Sequence record: NC_047740.1
Direction: 5' to 3' (one strand)
DNA from: Enterobacteria phage phiJLA23
Length of the DNA stretch: 43,017 bases
Shown here piece after piece: positions 26,538 through 34,974 of the stretch. The notes beneath the pieces are model-generated. The model saw only the letters and a list, made by a program, of their open reading frames with translations, was not told where the DNA came from and ran no database searches. A program made the position numbers and the translations under genes. How positions within the stretch are numbered: position 1 is the stretch's first letter; each line of letters starts with the position of its first letter.

Positions 26538-26717
26538 ATGGATATCATGACTACTATCGAAAACATCAAACCTGGCATGATGGTAAAAATGGGGCCACTG
26601 TTCCGCAAAGTACTTCACGTTGACCTTAAGGAGAATATCATCACCGTAATGATTAGAGGTCGCGCAAAGCTGTATCTTCCTCATAAAGGTCAGATGATTG
26701 AAGTTCGTATCAAGTAA
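26538..26717 (+). CDS. Hypothetical small protein (59 aa)
   Basis: RBS aaaaggg before ATG 26538; terminator-like hairpin gccccttcgggggc 26724-26737 follows. Confidence 0.45.
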   Translation: MDIMTTIENIKPGMMVKMGPLFRKVLHVDLKENIITVMIRGRAKLYLPHKGQMIEVRIK

Positions 26718-26757
26718 ATAATCAAGCCCCTTCGGGGGCATTTAGAGAGAGATGATA

Positions 26758-28341
26758 ATGTTTGATTTTAATGATGACAAATTGACTGTTGAACAAGTAA
26801 TGGCTGTTGCCGCTCAGGATGGATTACCTCCTTTACGTGTTGCTATTAATGCGAACGGTTATCGCCAGAGCGCATCATTCTGGAAAGCTCCGGTTGAGAT
26901 TGATTCTACTGGCGACAAGTATCCTGTTATCTCGCTTGGTAACGACTATGATGTAGTTGGCAAACTATCAAGCAACATTGCTCGTTCTGTTCAGTTTCCT
27001 GAATCATCTGCTTATATGCACTTCCTTGGTTGCATCTCGGCAGCTATGTTAGGTCGCTTTACGGTTGAGTATCACGGAACTCAACAACCAACATCACTGT
27101 ATGTAGTGACCAGCCAGCCTCCATCAACTGGTAAATCCGCCATTAACTCGCTGTCTCTGGCTCCAATGATTGCAGAGACTGAGCGACTAAACGATCTGCG
27201 TAAGCGTGACCGTAAAAAGATTATGGCCAAGCTGTCGGCTCTGGCTAAAGAAATGAAGCAGGAGAAGTCGCCTTCTGAGATGGCTGGTTTGTTTGAGGAG
27301 AAGGAGGAGCTGGAAGATAAGCTCGAGAAACTTTGCGACATCGTATTCCCTGTATCTGATACTACTCCTGAAGGTCTGGCACGCATTAACCATCGTCAGG
27401 GTAGCTTCGCTGTCATCTCGGATGAGGCGACGAGCGTCAACTCACTGCTTGGCATGACCTATGGTGATGGAACAAAGAAAACAAACAGCGAACTGGTACT
27501 TAAGGCCTGGGATGCTGGTAACGTATCTATCGCGCGTGCGAACGCAGAGAACAACATGAGCTTTATTGCTATGGGGTGTATTTCTGTAATTGCGCAGGAT
27601 GAAACAATAGTCGCAATCATGAATGCTGGTGCTCGCGGTATTGGTGTATCCGAACGTTTCTTGCTTGTGCGTGAAAAGTCATTCCTTGGTGAGCGTGTTT
27701 TCGTCGATGATAATGGCGAGTCAACATATGAGCCGATTGACGGAGCGTTGAAGGCTGATTACTTCCGTCTTGTTCATGAAATTATGAGTGAGCAAGATGT
27801 GAAGTTGACTATTAGTAACTCAGCAATGAAGCACCTTAACCGTGCTCGACAGGAAATGGAGCCACACCTTGCGGATGGCGGCAAGTATTCACACACAATG
27901 CTCCGTGGCGCACTAGGTAAAATGGATAAGCAGGTTATTCGCCTTGCTGCCGTTCTTCACACCATACGTAACTGGTTTAATCCAAATGGCGGTAGTCCGC
28001 AGAAGTCCAGGGAGATTGGACTGGAAACGATGCAGGAGGCTTTATTGATGTTTGAAGAACTTAGCAAGACTTACTTATCTTCTGCTAACGCAGCTGGTCA
28101 TGCTGGCGATAACGCTGAGATGAACAAGTTAATTGATATCCTTATCAAGCAAGGCAAGAACAGTAAAGGAGTTGTGGGTTTGCGCTCACTTTATGAAGCT
28201 GCGCGTAAGGTTCGACCTTTCGAGTCACAGGCTGGTGTTATGGCTAAAATTAAAGACCACTTACTCCCGATGCTTGATGATAAAAACTATACCTGCCTGA
28301 TTGGTGACAAGGTATATATCAATCCACGGCTGCTGGGGTAA
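26758..28341 (+). CDS. Replication-associated P-loop ATPase (putative initiator or helicase-loader type)
   Basis: Walker A SQPPSTGKSA and Walker B-like FAVISDEATS; N- and C-termini homologous to the 186-aa protein at 24414-24974; start at second ATG (MFDFNDDK) by paralog alignment. Confidence 0.65.
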   Translation: MFDFNDDKLTVEQVMAVAAQDGLPPLRVAINANGYRQSASFWKAPVEIDSTGDKYPVISLGNDYDVVGKLSSNIARSVQFPESSAYMHFLGCISAAMLGRFTVEYHGTQQPTSLYVVTSQPPSTGKSAINSLSLAPMIAETERLNDLRKRDRKKIMAKLSALAKEMKQEKSPSEMAGLFEEKEELEDKLEKLCDIVFPVSDTTPEGLARINHRQGSFAVISDEATSVNSLLGMTYGDGTKKTNSELVLKAWDAGNVSIARANAENNMSFIAMGCISVIAQDETIVAIMNAGARGIGVSERFLLVREKSFLGERVFVDDNGESTYEPIDGALKADYFRLVHEIMSEQDVKLTISNSAMKHLNRARQEMEPHLADGGKYSHTMLRGALGKMDKQVIRLAAVLHTIRNWFNPNGGSPQKSREIGLETMQEALLMFEELSKTYLSSANAAGHAGDNAEMNKLIDILIKQGKNSKGVVGLRSLYEAARKVRPFESQAGVMAKIKDHLLPMLDDKNYTCLIGDKVYINPRLLG

Positions 28342-28345
28342 TTAA

Positions 28346-28681
28346 ATGTTCATCCTTGATGTGTTCAAGTTCTGCGAGAGCTACGAAAAGTTTAACAGGC
28401 AGCACCTGGCGGTATTCATTTACCGCCACAAAGAATGTGAAAGAATGGCTAAGGCAGCTGGAGTTAATGCGCGTTACTTTGCATCATCTGCGTCAAAGGA
28501 GTTTCTGGCAAGATGCATGACTGAAGGTTACATCGATGGAGTTAATGGCAGTTACTGGAGCAAAGGAAGCACGAAGCGACCATTCGGTTTTAGCTTTAGG
28601 TGCCTCGGAGGTGAGAGTGATAAGTACACCAATGAGATGATGACCATAAAAGAAATGACAGACGACCAACTGTTCGCGTAA
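28346..28681 (+). CDS. Hypothetical protein (111 aa)
   Basis: ORF 5 nt after ATPase stop; ends at bidirectional terminator. Confidence 0.5.
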   Translation: MFILDVFKFCESYEKFNRQHLAVFIYRHKECERMAKAAGVNARYFASSASKEFLARCMTEGYIDGVNGSYWSKGSTKRPFGFSFRCLGGESDKYTNEMMTIKEMTDDQLFA

Positions 28682-28685
28682 AATA

Positions 28686-28710
28686 AAGGAGCCATTAGGC
28701 TCCTTTTTTG
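28686..28710. terminator. Bidirectional terminator (hairpin ggagccattaggctcc, T6)
   Basis: Between convergent genes ending at 28681 and 28695. Confidence 0.7.
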
Positions 28711-29099
28711 TTTCCTGCGAATCTTAAAGCGAAGTAAGTTAGCAAACCTGAAACTAATCCAGCCAGAATACCCCAGACTAAAGAGTCAACCCCAGAGTTT
28801 TCAGTGCTATGAATTTCAATCTTTTCAGCTGTTATTGTGTTAGCTGAGAGACCCGTAGCAGCAGTCTTTTTATGGCTTGATGAATCTACATCTCTGTTAG
28901 TTGAGTTGCGCATATCGCTCTCTGTTGAGCTAGATTTGTCTGTCTGGCTGGATAATCCAACGCCAGTTTTCTGGTTTGACTCGCCAACCTGCGCCGTTGC
29001 CTCGACGCCATCCTTTGCTGGTAAGAAATCAGAAATGGCTGACATAGCAGAGCAGCCAGTCAGTGATGCAATTACCAGAACTACAATTCCGAGACGCAT
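28695..29099 (-). CDS. Unimolecular spanin (u-spanin, T1 gp11-type)
   Basis: N-terminal lipoprotein signal with lipobox LTGC plus C-terminal transmembrane helix LVWGILAGLVSGLLTYFAL in one polypeptide; directly after endolysin. Confidence 0.75.
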   Translation of the reverse strand: MRLGIVVLVIASLTGCSAMSAISDFLPAKDGVEATAQVGESNQKTGVGLSSQTDKSSSTESDMRNSTNRDVDSSSHKKTAATGLSANTITAEKIEIHSTENSGVDSLVWGILAGLVSGLLTYFALRFAGNKKGA

Positions 29100-29564
29100 A
29101 GCTTAATCTCCGCGTTACGCCTGTTAACCAGGCCTTTGCTAACAACTTTNTTACCACCAACGCTGATTTTATTCCATAGATAACGCCTCGCATCCTCCCC
29201 TGATATCACCACGATTTATGCGCCTTATAGCAGTTGAATTGCGCATTGCACTGGTTCCAACATTGAATGAAAAACTGTACAGCGCCGCCCTGGTGCTAAC
29301 TGGAACATTAACCTTCAGCGCTTTATCTACAGCAGCTCTATGAATTGAAAGGTGCTTCATCAGGAGTGCATCGCATTCTCTCTGGGTGTACTTTTTACCG
29401 AGAATAACATCAGGACCAGTGATTCCCTGGCAAACAGTCCACACTCCAGCAATATCTCTGTAAGGCCTGTACTTAACTCCTTCATGCTCATTCAGGAACG
29501 GAATAGCTAATGCCATGGCTCCAGCCACAGCCGAACCAATGACCTTATTCTTGAAGCTCATCAT
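29081..29564 (-). CDS. SAR endolysin (T4-lysozyme-like), frameshifted in this assembly
   Basis: N-terminal signal-anchor-release segment; catalytic spacing E..D(+9)..T(+6); annotated frame stops at 29169 but +1 frame continues to 29081 with lysozyme-like C-terminus (GLVNRRNAEIKL). Confidence 0.7.
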
Positions 29565-29776
29565 TTACTCCTGATTCTCATTGCCTCTCGAATGTCACCA
29601 TCCTCAAGTGCTTTATGGAGCGCCTTACTGTCACGCCATCGCAGCCATGCGCCAAAAATACCAAAGCATACGGCGATAACTAAGCCGATAATGCCGATGA
29701 TTGTGTTGTCAGATAAACCGCCGCCCATAGCTACTCCGCTACCGGATAAGGCGGCTGCGTCATAGAAATGCTTCAT
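29561..29776 (-). CDS. Holin (putative)
   Basis: 71 aa with hydrophobic helix and charged C-terminus; ATGA-coupled upstream of endolysin; RBS aagagg. Confidence 0.6.
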   Translation of the reverse strand: MKHFYDAAALSGSGVAMGGGLSDNTIIGIIGLVIAVCFGIFGAWLRWRDSKALHKALEDGDIREAMRIRSK

Positions 29777-29806
29777 GTTGCGGCCTCTTTAAGTTGATTT
29801 GATTAA

Positions 29807-29866
29807 ATAATACCAGATATTAAACTTTGACATAAACGAAAAAAGGCAGCCTTAAAGGCCGCCTGT
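29807..29866 (-). promoter_or_regulatory. Terminator hairpin (29845-29865, T6) followed by TATTAT -10-like box (29807-29812) upstream of lysis cassette
   Basis: aggcggcc-ttta-aggctgcc then tttttt; -10-like hexamer; RBS; holin ATG. Confidence 0.45.
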
Positions 29867-29884
29867 TTTCAAGTTGATGTTTCT

Positions 29885-30064
29885 TATAAGTTAGTCTGCG
29901 ATAATGAATTCCACCAATTCTCCATCAATCGGGGTGAAGATCCAAGTCATGTCATCTCCATAAATCTTGTAATTACCATCCCCCTGGTACTCACCACTGT
30001 AAGGGTTGTTTACAGTGAAAGGCAGTGATTTTGATTTGTTGCTAACGCAGAATAATTTAGTCAT
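29885..30064 (-). CDS. Hypothetical small protein (59 aa)
   Basis: ORF filling the gap between 30077 and the terminator; below ORF-track cut-off. Confidence 0.35.
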
Positions 30065-30076
30065 TTTGATAATCTC

Positions 30077-30265
30077 TTAACGGTTTACGCAAATAAGTGT
30101 GTTTACATTAATTGGGAAGCAGTTACCGCCCATGGTCTTAATCATTACGAACGTACAGCTAGGGTAATACTCAAGGCTTGTGGCCTTAACTTTTTGCCGT
30201 TGGCAATTTGAGAACAAAACCTCATCACCCACCTTTACCATATCAGCTTTAATTGTTTGCAACAT
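30077..30265 (-). CDS. Hypothetical protein (62 aa)
   Basis: ORF coupled to upstream gene. Confidence 0.5.
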   Translation of the reverse strand: MLQTIKADMVKVGDEVLFSNCQRQKVKATSLEYYPSCTFVMIKTMGGNCFPINVNTLICVNR

Positions 30266-30450
30266 TAACGCTCTCCAAGTGCCGCAAGGATTGCATAAGC
30301 GATCTCACGTGCATTCTTAGCAGTAAGGTTAATAGTGTCAACCTTTACATCTTCTTCGCTAGTTCCGTAAGCCTGTGCAATCCGAAATGTCTTACCAAAA
30401 CCAACATCTTTAACTTCAATCTGTGCATCTGATTGTGTGAACTTAGCCAT
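30265..30450 (-). CDS. Hypothetical protein (61 aa)
   Basis: Preceded by composite promoter with leader CATCAAAACAAAAC and RBS gagagga. Confidence 0.5.
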   Translation of the reverse strand: MAKFTQSDAQIEVKDVGFGKTFRIAQAYGTSEEDVKVDTINLTAKNAREIAYAILAALGER

Positions 30451-30451
30451 C

Positions 30452-30520
30452 TTTGTATCCTCTCGTTTTGTTTTGATGGAGTAAATATACCCCCTCTTTT
30501 NATTTGTNTTTTANTTNGTG
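30452..30520 (-). promoter_or_regulatory. Composite early promoter (TATATTTAC, leader CATCAAAACAAAAC; palindrome degraded by Ns)
   Basis: Module order conserved; upstream half-site region contains Ns. Confidence 0.35.
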
Positions 30521-30843
30521 CTAGTTCNTGTNTNCNTTNTNNNTNNNNTTTCTAGCGTATTCATCATCTCCTCAAGCTTCTCTGCATCAATAGAGGACTT
30601 AACCCATTGCAACTTCACATTGCCATCATTATCAACAAGGCTAGATACACCTTTAACCATGTAGCCCTGAGGAATTAGGTTACTCACATCGCGACCGTGA
30701 CCATCCCCAGCCTTAGCCAACTTGCTGCGACGCAGCTCTACGTTACGAATATTCATACCGTACTTCTCTGCGATTGCCTTGTTAGTCATACCGTTAGCCA
30801 GTTCTTGCTTTAACTCTTCGTTGGTGATTTTAGCTATAGACAT
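30511..30843 (-). CDS. Putative HTH DNA-binding protein (3' end uncertain, runs into N-run)
   Basis: N-terminal helix-turn-helix-like segment TNKAIAEKYGMNIRNVELRRSKL; ORF passes through Ns 30490-30550. Confidence 0.45.
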   Translation of the reverse strand: MSIAKITNEELKQELANGMTNKAIAEKYGMNIRNVELRRSKLAKAGDGHGRDVSNLIPQGYMVKGVSSLVDNDGNVKLQWVKSSIDAEKLEEMMNTLEXXXXXXTXTSXX

Positions 30844-30931
30844 TATTTAATTTCCTGTTAGCAGATTATGAAGTACATGATTATAAAGGTTAATGGCATA
30901 GCCATCAACGGTAGTAATGTTTTCATCTGAA

Positions 30932-31000
30932 TCGTCTCTCGTTTCGATGAACACACTATACGCCATCCATGGCGATGTGTTTTAACAAAAAGTGCTATTT
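30932..31000 (-). promoter_or_regulatory. Composite early promoter (variant palindrome TAACA-N5-TGCTA 30983-30997, hairpin cgccatccatggcg, TATAGTGTG, leader CATCGAAACGAGAGACG)
   Basis: Same module; about 100-nt leader before the HTH gene. Confidence 0.45.
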
Positions 31001-31252
31001 AACTTCTTTTAGCCAGTAATCAAGAAACTCAGTTTCAAGCGCAGCAATTGCTGGAGAATACTCACTAGGCATCATCATATTGCAGCCAGGTGAGTAGTAC
31101 ATCAACTCAGCCTTACCAATCTCAATTTGCACCAGTACATCGAGGTAGTCCGGAGGAATCCACTCAGAGAAAGGAATCTTCCGATAAGGCTTCTCACCAA
31201 AAAACACAACCTGATACTTACTCTCATCAAAATCCAGACCAGGTAAATTCAT
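30995..31252 (-). CDS. Hypothetical protein (85 aa)
   Basis: ORF; stop TAG inside the palindrome copy. Confidence 0.5.
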   Translation of the reverse strand: MNLPGLDFDESKYQVVFFGEKPYRKIPFSEWIPPDYLDVLVQIEIGKAELMYYSPGCNMMMPSEYSPAIAALETEFLDYWLKEVK

Positions 31253-31488
31253 TTCTTCGCACCTTTCTTAAATATCTTCTTACCTTCCTCACGATACATT
31301 GCGAGGCTAGGCGTTGCTGGAACTCTTACATACTTGCGTGGCCGCTGGTTCATATAACTAAACTTCCCATTGAAAACTACAGATATGTCATCAATATCAA
31401 AGTATTTACCTATCATCTTGATGTCATCCTGCAATCCCGCCTCTCCACAATGCGCCCATACAGCGGCGCGTCCGGTTTCAACTATCAT
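31249..31488 (-). CDS. Hypothetical protein (79 aa)
   Basis: ATG 31488 overlaps upstream small ORF stop (ATGA); ORF track starts at 31533. Confidence 0.45.
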   Translation of the reverse strand: MIVETGRAAVWAHCGEAGLQDDIKMIGKYFDIDDISVVFNGKFSYMNQRPRKYVRVPATPSLAMYREEGKKIFKKGAKK

Positions 31489-31610
31489 AGGCCGTAAGCC
31501 ATTTTTAAAGCTTCTCGAGCGCAAATCCAGCAATATTCAGATCCAGTCTTAACTGCGTCATTTGCGAAAGACTGCGCAATCTCGAACATCTCTTTGTCTA
31601 TAATTTTCAT
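31485..31610 (-). CDS. Hypothetical small protein (41 aa, CxxC)
   Basis: First ORF after composite promoter 31612-31686; RBS gaggg 7 nt before ATG 31610. Confidence 0.35.
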   Translation of the reverse strand: MKIIDKEMFEIAQSFANDAVKTGSEYCWICAREALKMAYGL

Positions 31611-31611
31611 C

Positions 31612-31686
31612 TCTTAACCCTCTCATTTGCTGATGTAATTAATATAATCCATCCTTGTATTTTAGTTTTAACAAAAAGTGCTATTT
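31612..31686 (-). promoter_or_regulatory. Composite early promoter (variant palindrome 31669-31683, TATATTAATTAC, leader CATCAGCAAATGAGAG)
   Basis: Same module; palindrome overlaps upstream stop. Confidence 0.4.
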
Positions 31687-32297
31687 ACTCATAAACAAGA
31701 AAACTTACATGCTTACCTTTCGCATCATTACACCCGTAGTACCCATCAAATTCATTATGTAACTTCCATGCAAATCCGTCATCGCTAACTATTTCAACCT
31801 GGTCATTAATCGGGTCAAGTTTGAATTCATACTCATTGAGCAGGGTGAATGAGCCGTTCGTCATTACGCAAGTCGCAGTAATCATGAAAAAATCCTCCGG
31901 GCAATCTTTCTTCATTTCTTCGATATCAGCAATCATTCGGTCNNNCCATGTTTCGATATCAGTGTTCAGATAACCCNCTTCTNAACTATTTAAACCNGTT
32001 CATTAATCGGGTCAAGTTTGAATTCATACTCATTGAGCAGGGTGAATGAGCCGTTCGTCATTACGCAAGTCGCAGTAATCATGAAAAATCCTCCGGGCAA
32101 TCTTTCTTCATTTCTTCGATATCAGCAATCATTCGGTCGCGCCATGTTTCGATATCAGTGTTCAGATAATCCTCTTCGAAACTATAATCAAGACACCAAG
32201 CTAAATCCCAAACATCATTTTTATATCCAGCTTTACTCAACTCCTGCGCCACCATTGCCTGAAAGAGTTCCCATTGCTTATCAAAGGTTAATTTCAT
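31685..32297 (-). CDS. Hypothetical acidic protein (about 155 aa in the true genome; interrupted by an artifactual ~198-bp tandem duplication)
   Basis: ORFs 32079-32297 and 31685-31936 share ...RMIADIEEMKKDCPEDF; copies differ by homopolymer length and Ns at the junction. Confidence 0.45.
31786..32181. repeat. Tandem ~198-bp duplication with N-rich junction (probable assembly artifact)
   Basis: Unit 31786-31983 repeats at 31984-32181; Ns at 31943-31997; A6 versus A5 run between copies. Confidence 0.7.
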
Positions 32298-32491
32298 TAT
32301 TCTGACACCTCATCAAATTTTTCGCCGAATGCGTTTTTAACAGTCTCTAAATCATCTTTGTATGTTGGGCTAACTTCGAATGAGTAACCGTCTCCATCAT
32401 CAAGAATATAACCCTCAGGGGTGATTGCTAATTCATATTCATAACCAGTTTTGCGTGACTTGTACAGCTTTTCAGTGTAGATAGTAGTCAT
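32297..32491 (-). CDS. Hypothetical acidic protein (64 aa)
   Basis: ATG 32491 after composite promoter and RBS gagagag; ORF track extends to 32611 through the promoter. Confidence 0.45.
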   Translation of the reverse strand: MTTIYTEKLYKSRKTGYEYELAITPEGYILDDGDGYSFEVSPTYKDDLETVKNAFGEKFDEVSE

Positions 32492-32504
32492 TTTGTTTCT
32501 CTCT

Positions 32505-32568
32505 CTTCGTTTCGATGAAGTAACTATATCGCATCCTTGCGAAATCTCTTTAGCAATTCGTGCTATTT
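32505..32568 (-). promoter_or_regulatory. Composite early promoter (palindrome 32551-32565, hairpin atcgcaaggatgcgat, TATAGTTAC, leader CATCGAAACGAAG)
   Basis: Palindrome centre about 42 bp upstream of predicted start; also encodes ...STNC-stop of VRR-NUC gene. Confidence 0.5.
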
Positions 32569-32939
32569 GATAGATAATCTGTAATTGCCAACTTAAACAT
32601 TTCAAACCCATAACAGATTGCTGCGTAACCTCCTGTTTCTGATACCTTTTCCAGGAACTCCTTTTGCTCCTTTGAAACCTTGCTATCTGATTTTATTGCT
32701 CGCTTAAGCTCTATTGCGGCAAAGCCATTTGGTCCAATCAGTAGAATATCTGATACACCCTTAATTACTCCCTCCTGCTTGTCCTTCATTGCTGTGCCGA
32801 TAGACTTGAGACCTTCATTCTTCACGTGAAAAGCAAATATCTCTGGATGGTTGTGGCGAACCCAAGCTATTGAATTTATTTGGTGAACAACCTCTTTAGC
32901 CTTGTCCGTGCTTGTTTTGTCGTGAAAAACCTTAACCAT
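32550..32939 (-). CDS. VRR-NUC domain nuclease
   Basis: 129 aa with VRR-NUC-like motifs (GxPD-type SDILLIGPNG, AIELK); coupled to helicase gene (stop/start overlap at 32939). Confidence 0.65.
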   Translation of the reverse strand: MVKVFHDKTSTDKAKEVVHQINSIAWVRHNHPEIFAFHVKNEGLKSIGTAMKDKQEGVIKGVSDILLIGPNGFAAIELKRAIKSDSKVSKEQKEFLEKVSETGGYAAICYGFEMFKLAITDYLSNSTNC

Positions 32940-34882
32940 TAGAACTCCTTATTAGCAATATTATCGCCACCTTTAGCGGTCTTGCGGTGAGTTACCCTCT
33001 TAGGGGCATGGATGTACTGCGCATACTCCATAATCTTGCGAGCATTGCGATATGCAGCCATATATCGCTTAGCGTTCATGTCGACTACGTGACCTTTAAT
33101 TCCATTGTTCAACCAGAGCGTTTTACATACTCGATGGCCAGACTCTACAAAGAAAACCTCATGAGCTTTGAATGTCCCACCCATGCCATCATCAAGGATG
33201 TAGTTGTAGATGATTCCTGATTGGTTCTTTGTTAGCCCAACCTTAAAGTCAACAACATCAAACCAGTCGTTCTTGCGGTAATGTTTGCCGCTTAAGTTGA
33301 GATTTGGATCAAGCAAAGTGCAATCGCAACCCCTACAAATCTTAGCTGCAACGTCATTCTGAACTCCACAGCCTTTAACGATAACCTTTCCGGTTCGTGG
33401 GTCTTTCTGGTCTTCACATGTGCGACTAACCCAGAAATATTCGCAGCGATTATTATTCTCATCAATATGCATGCAACGTCGAGCAAAGAAGCTGTTCTCT
33501 GTTCCGCATACTGGACACTGCTTAGTCTCCTTGCCATTACTCTTTCGTAGCTGATATTGAGCCTGCTCAAGAATTGGATTGAAGTACAATGATGCCATAG
33601 AGTCCATCGTTCCTGCGAAGTCCAGTACCAAATGGTCATTCTTTACCATTCCTTTATCTTCATGGAGCTTCTTAAGCTTACGCATTCCTCGACCAAGTAG
33701 CTGAACCAGGAGCGTAAGGCTACCGATCTTACGCAGAATAACGCTTGTATCCCATGTAGGCACATTTACGCCAGTGGTTAGCGCCTGAACCTGAAAGCAA
33801 TATTTAATCTCCCCGCTAAAGCACTTATCAAGCAACTCCTTGCGCTGCTTCTCGCCAGTCTTTCCAGTTATAATGCAGAACTTTTCACCTTCAGGAAGGT
33901 AACTTGCGGCTTCGTGGCAATGGCGCTCACCTGCGCATGTTACCAGAACTCCATTCCTGTCTTTCGCGGCAAGCCATACTTTCTTCATTATCTCCGCTGT
34001 CATTGTTCCAGATGCCTGAATCTTTTTATCCATGGCTTCAAGCTGGGCTTTAGTGTAATCCTGAACACCATCTTCAGATGATGCATCAAACTCTGACAGG
34101 TCGTAACCAACGCCATCAGTAGCACCAAAGTTTGTCGGAACCACGGAACCGAACTCTACCAGGTAGTTTGTATCGATATTTGTGACCGTCTCACGCCAAA
34201 ATCCCAACTCCTTTTTGTTTTCAACAACTATTGGCGTAGTTCCACGGAAAGGAGAACCAGTCAGTCCAAAGATACGAAGATTCTTGCCATACTTAGCACG
34301 GCAGCGCTCCATTAAAGTCAGGATGATGACCGTATACTGGCTACGCCCCTTATCTGATGCCTGTTGCGCAGTCTCATTGTTATCAATTGCCTCCGCTATG
34401 TCCTGGTCATCAATATGGTGACACTCATCAATAGCAACTACCGCAGGACAGAAATCGCCAAGTGACTTCTTAAGCCCGCCAACTACTGTGCCCTCAGAGC
34501 CAACCACCACAGGGAAATAAGATGATTTTATTCCAAGCCCAGAGCAATAAATGGAGTTAGGAACCCCGTAATCAGAAATCTCAGAAGCATTCTGGCTAAC
34601 CAGCTCTGCCTGACGAGCAAGAACAAGCATAGGCAAGCCAAGCTCAGAGCAACGCTTAGCAACCATACCAAAAACCAGAGTCTTACCAGCAGAAACTGAA
34701 GCCATTGCGATAAATGGATGCTCATAGCGACTAATGCGCTTTGCAATCTCATTGTACATAACACACTGATAGCTATACGGAACCATACAGTTAGAAGAGG
34801 TGAATTTAGTTTGAATCTCTTTAATCTTATCTTCGCCCAATTCTTCAATCTGTTTTTGTATTGTTTTCAATCGGTTTTCCAT
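32939..34882 (-). CDS. SF2 (DExH-box) DNA helicase with C-terminal zinc ribbon
   Basis: Walker A ASVSAGKT, DExH box VAIDECHH, Cys cluster CPVCG...CMHIDENNNRCEYFW; start at ATG 34882 (MENRLK) by promoter spacing and RBS. Confidence 0.8.
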   Translation of the reverse strand: MENRLKTIQKQIEELGEDKIKEIQTKFTSSNCMVPYSYQCVMYNEIAKRISRYEHPFIAMASVSAGKTLVFGMVAKRCSELGLPMLVLARQAELVSQNASEISDYGVPNSIYCSGLGIKSSYFPVVVGSEGTVVGGLKKSLGDFCPAVVAIDECHHIDDQDIAEAIDNNETAQQASDKGRSQYTVIILTLMERCRAKYGKNLRIFGLTGSPFRGTTPIVVENKKELGFWRETVTNIDTNYLVEFGSVVPTNFGATDGVGYDLSEFDASSEDGVQDYTKAQLEAMDKKIQASGTMTAEIMKKVWLAAKDRNGVLVTCAGERHCHEAASYLPEGEKFCIITGKTGEKQRKELLDKCFSGEIKYCFQVQALTTGVNVPTWDTSVILRKIGSLTLLVQLLGRGMRKLKKLHEDKGMVKNDHLVLDFAGTMDSMASLYFNPILEQAQYQLRKSNGKETKQCPVCGTENSFFARRCMHIDENNNRCEYFWVSRTCEDQKDPRTGKVIVKGCGVQNDVAAKICRGCDCTLLDPNLNLSGKHYRKNDWFDVVDFKVGLTKNQSGIIYNYILDDGMGGTFKAHEVFFVESGHRVCKTLWLNNGIKGHVVDMNAKRYMAAYRNARKIMEYAQYIHAPKRVTHRKTAKGGDNIANKEF

Positions 34883-34896
34883 AATATCAAATGCCT

Positions 34897-34966
34897 TTAA
34901 TGTTCGTTCGATTGACGATATAATAACAGCCATATAAACCAATGTTTAACAAAAAGTGCTATTGAG
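34897..34966 (-). promoter_or_regulatory. Composite early promoter for helicase operon (variant palindrome TAACA-N5-TGCTA 34947-34961, leader CAATCGAACGAAC); in divergent region abutting HTH gene RBS
   Basis: Palindrome ends 6 nt before the RBS gaggtgag of the plus-strand HTH gene while at about -42 of the helicase promoter. Confidence 0.5.
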
Positions 34967-34974
34967 GTGAGAAA

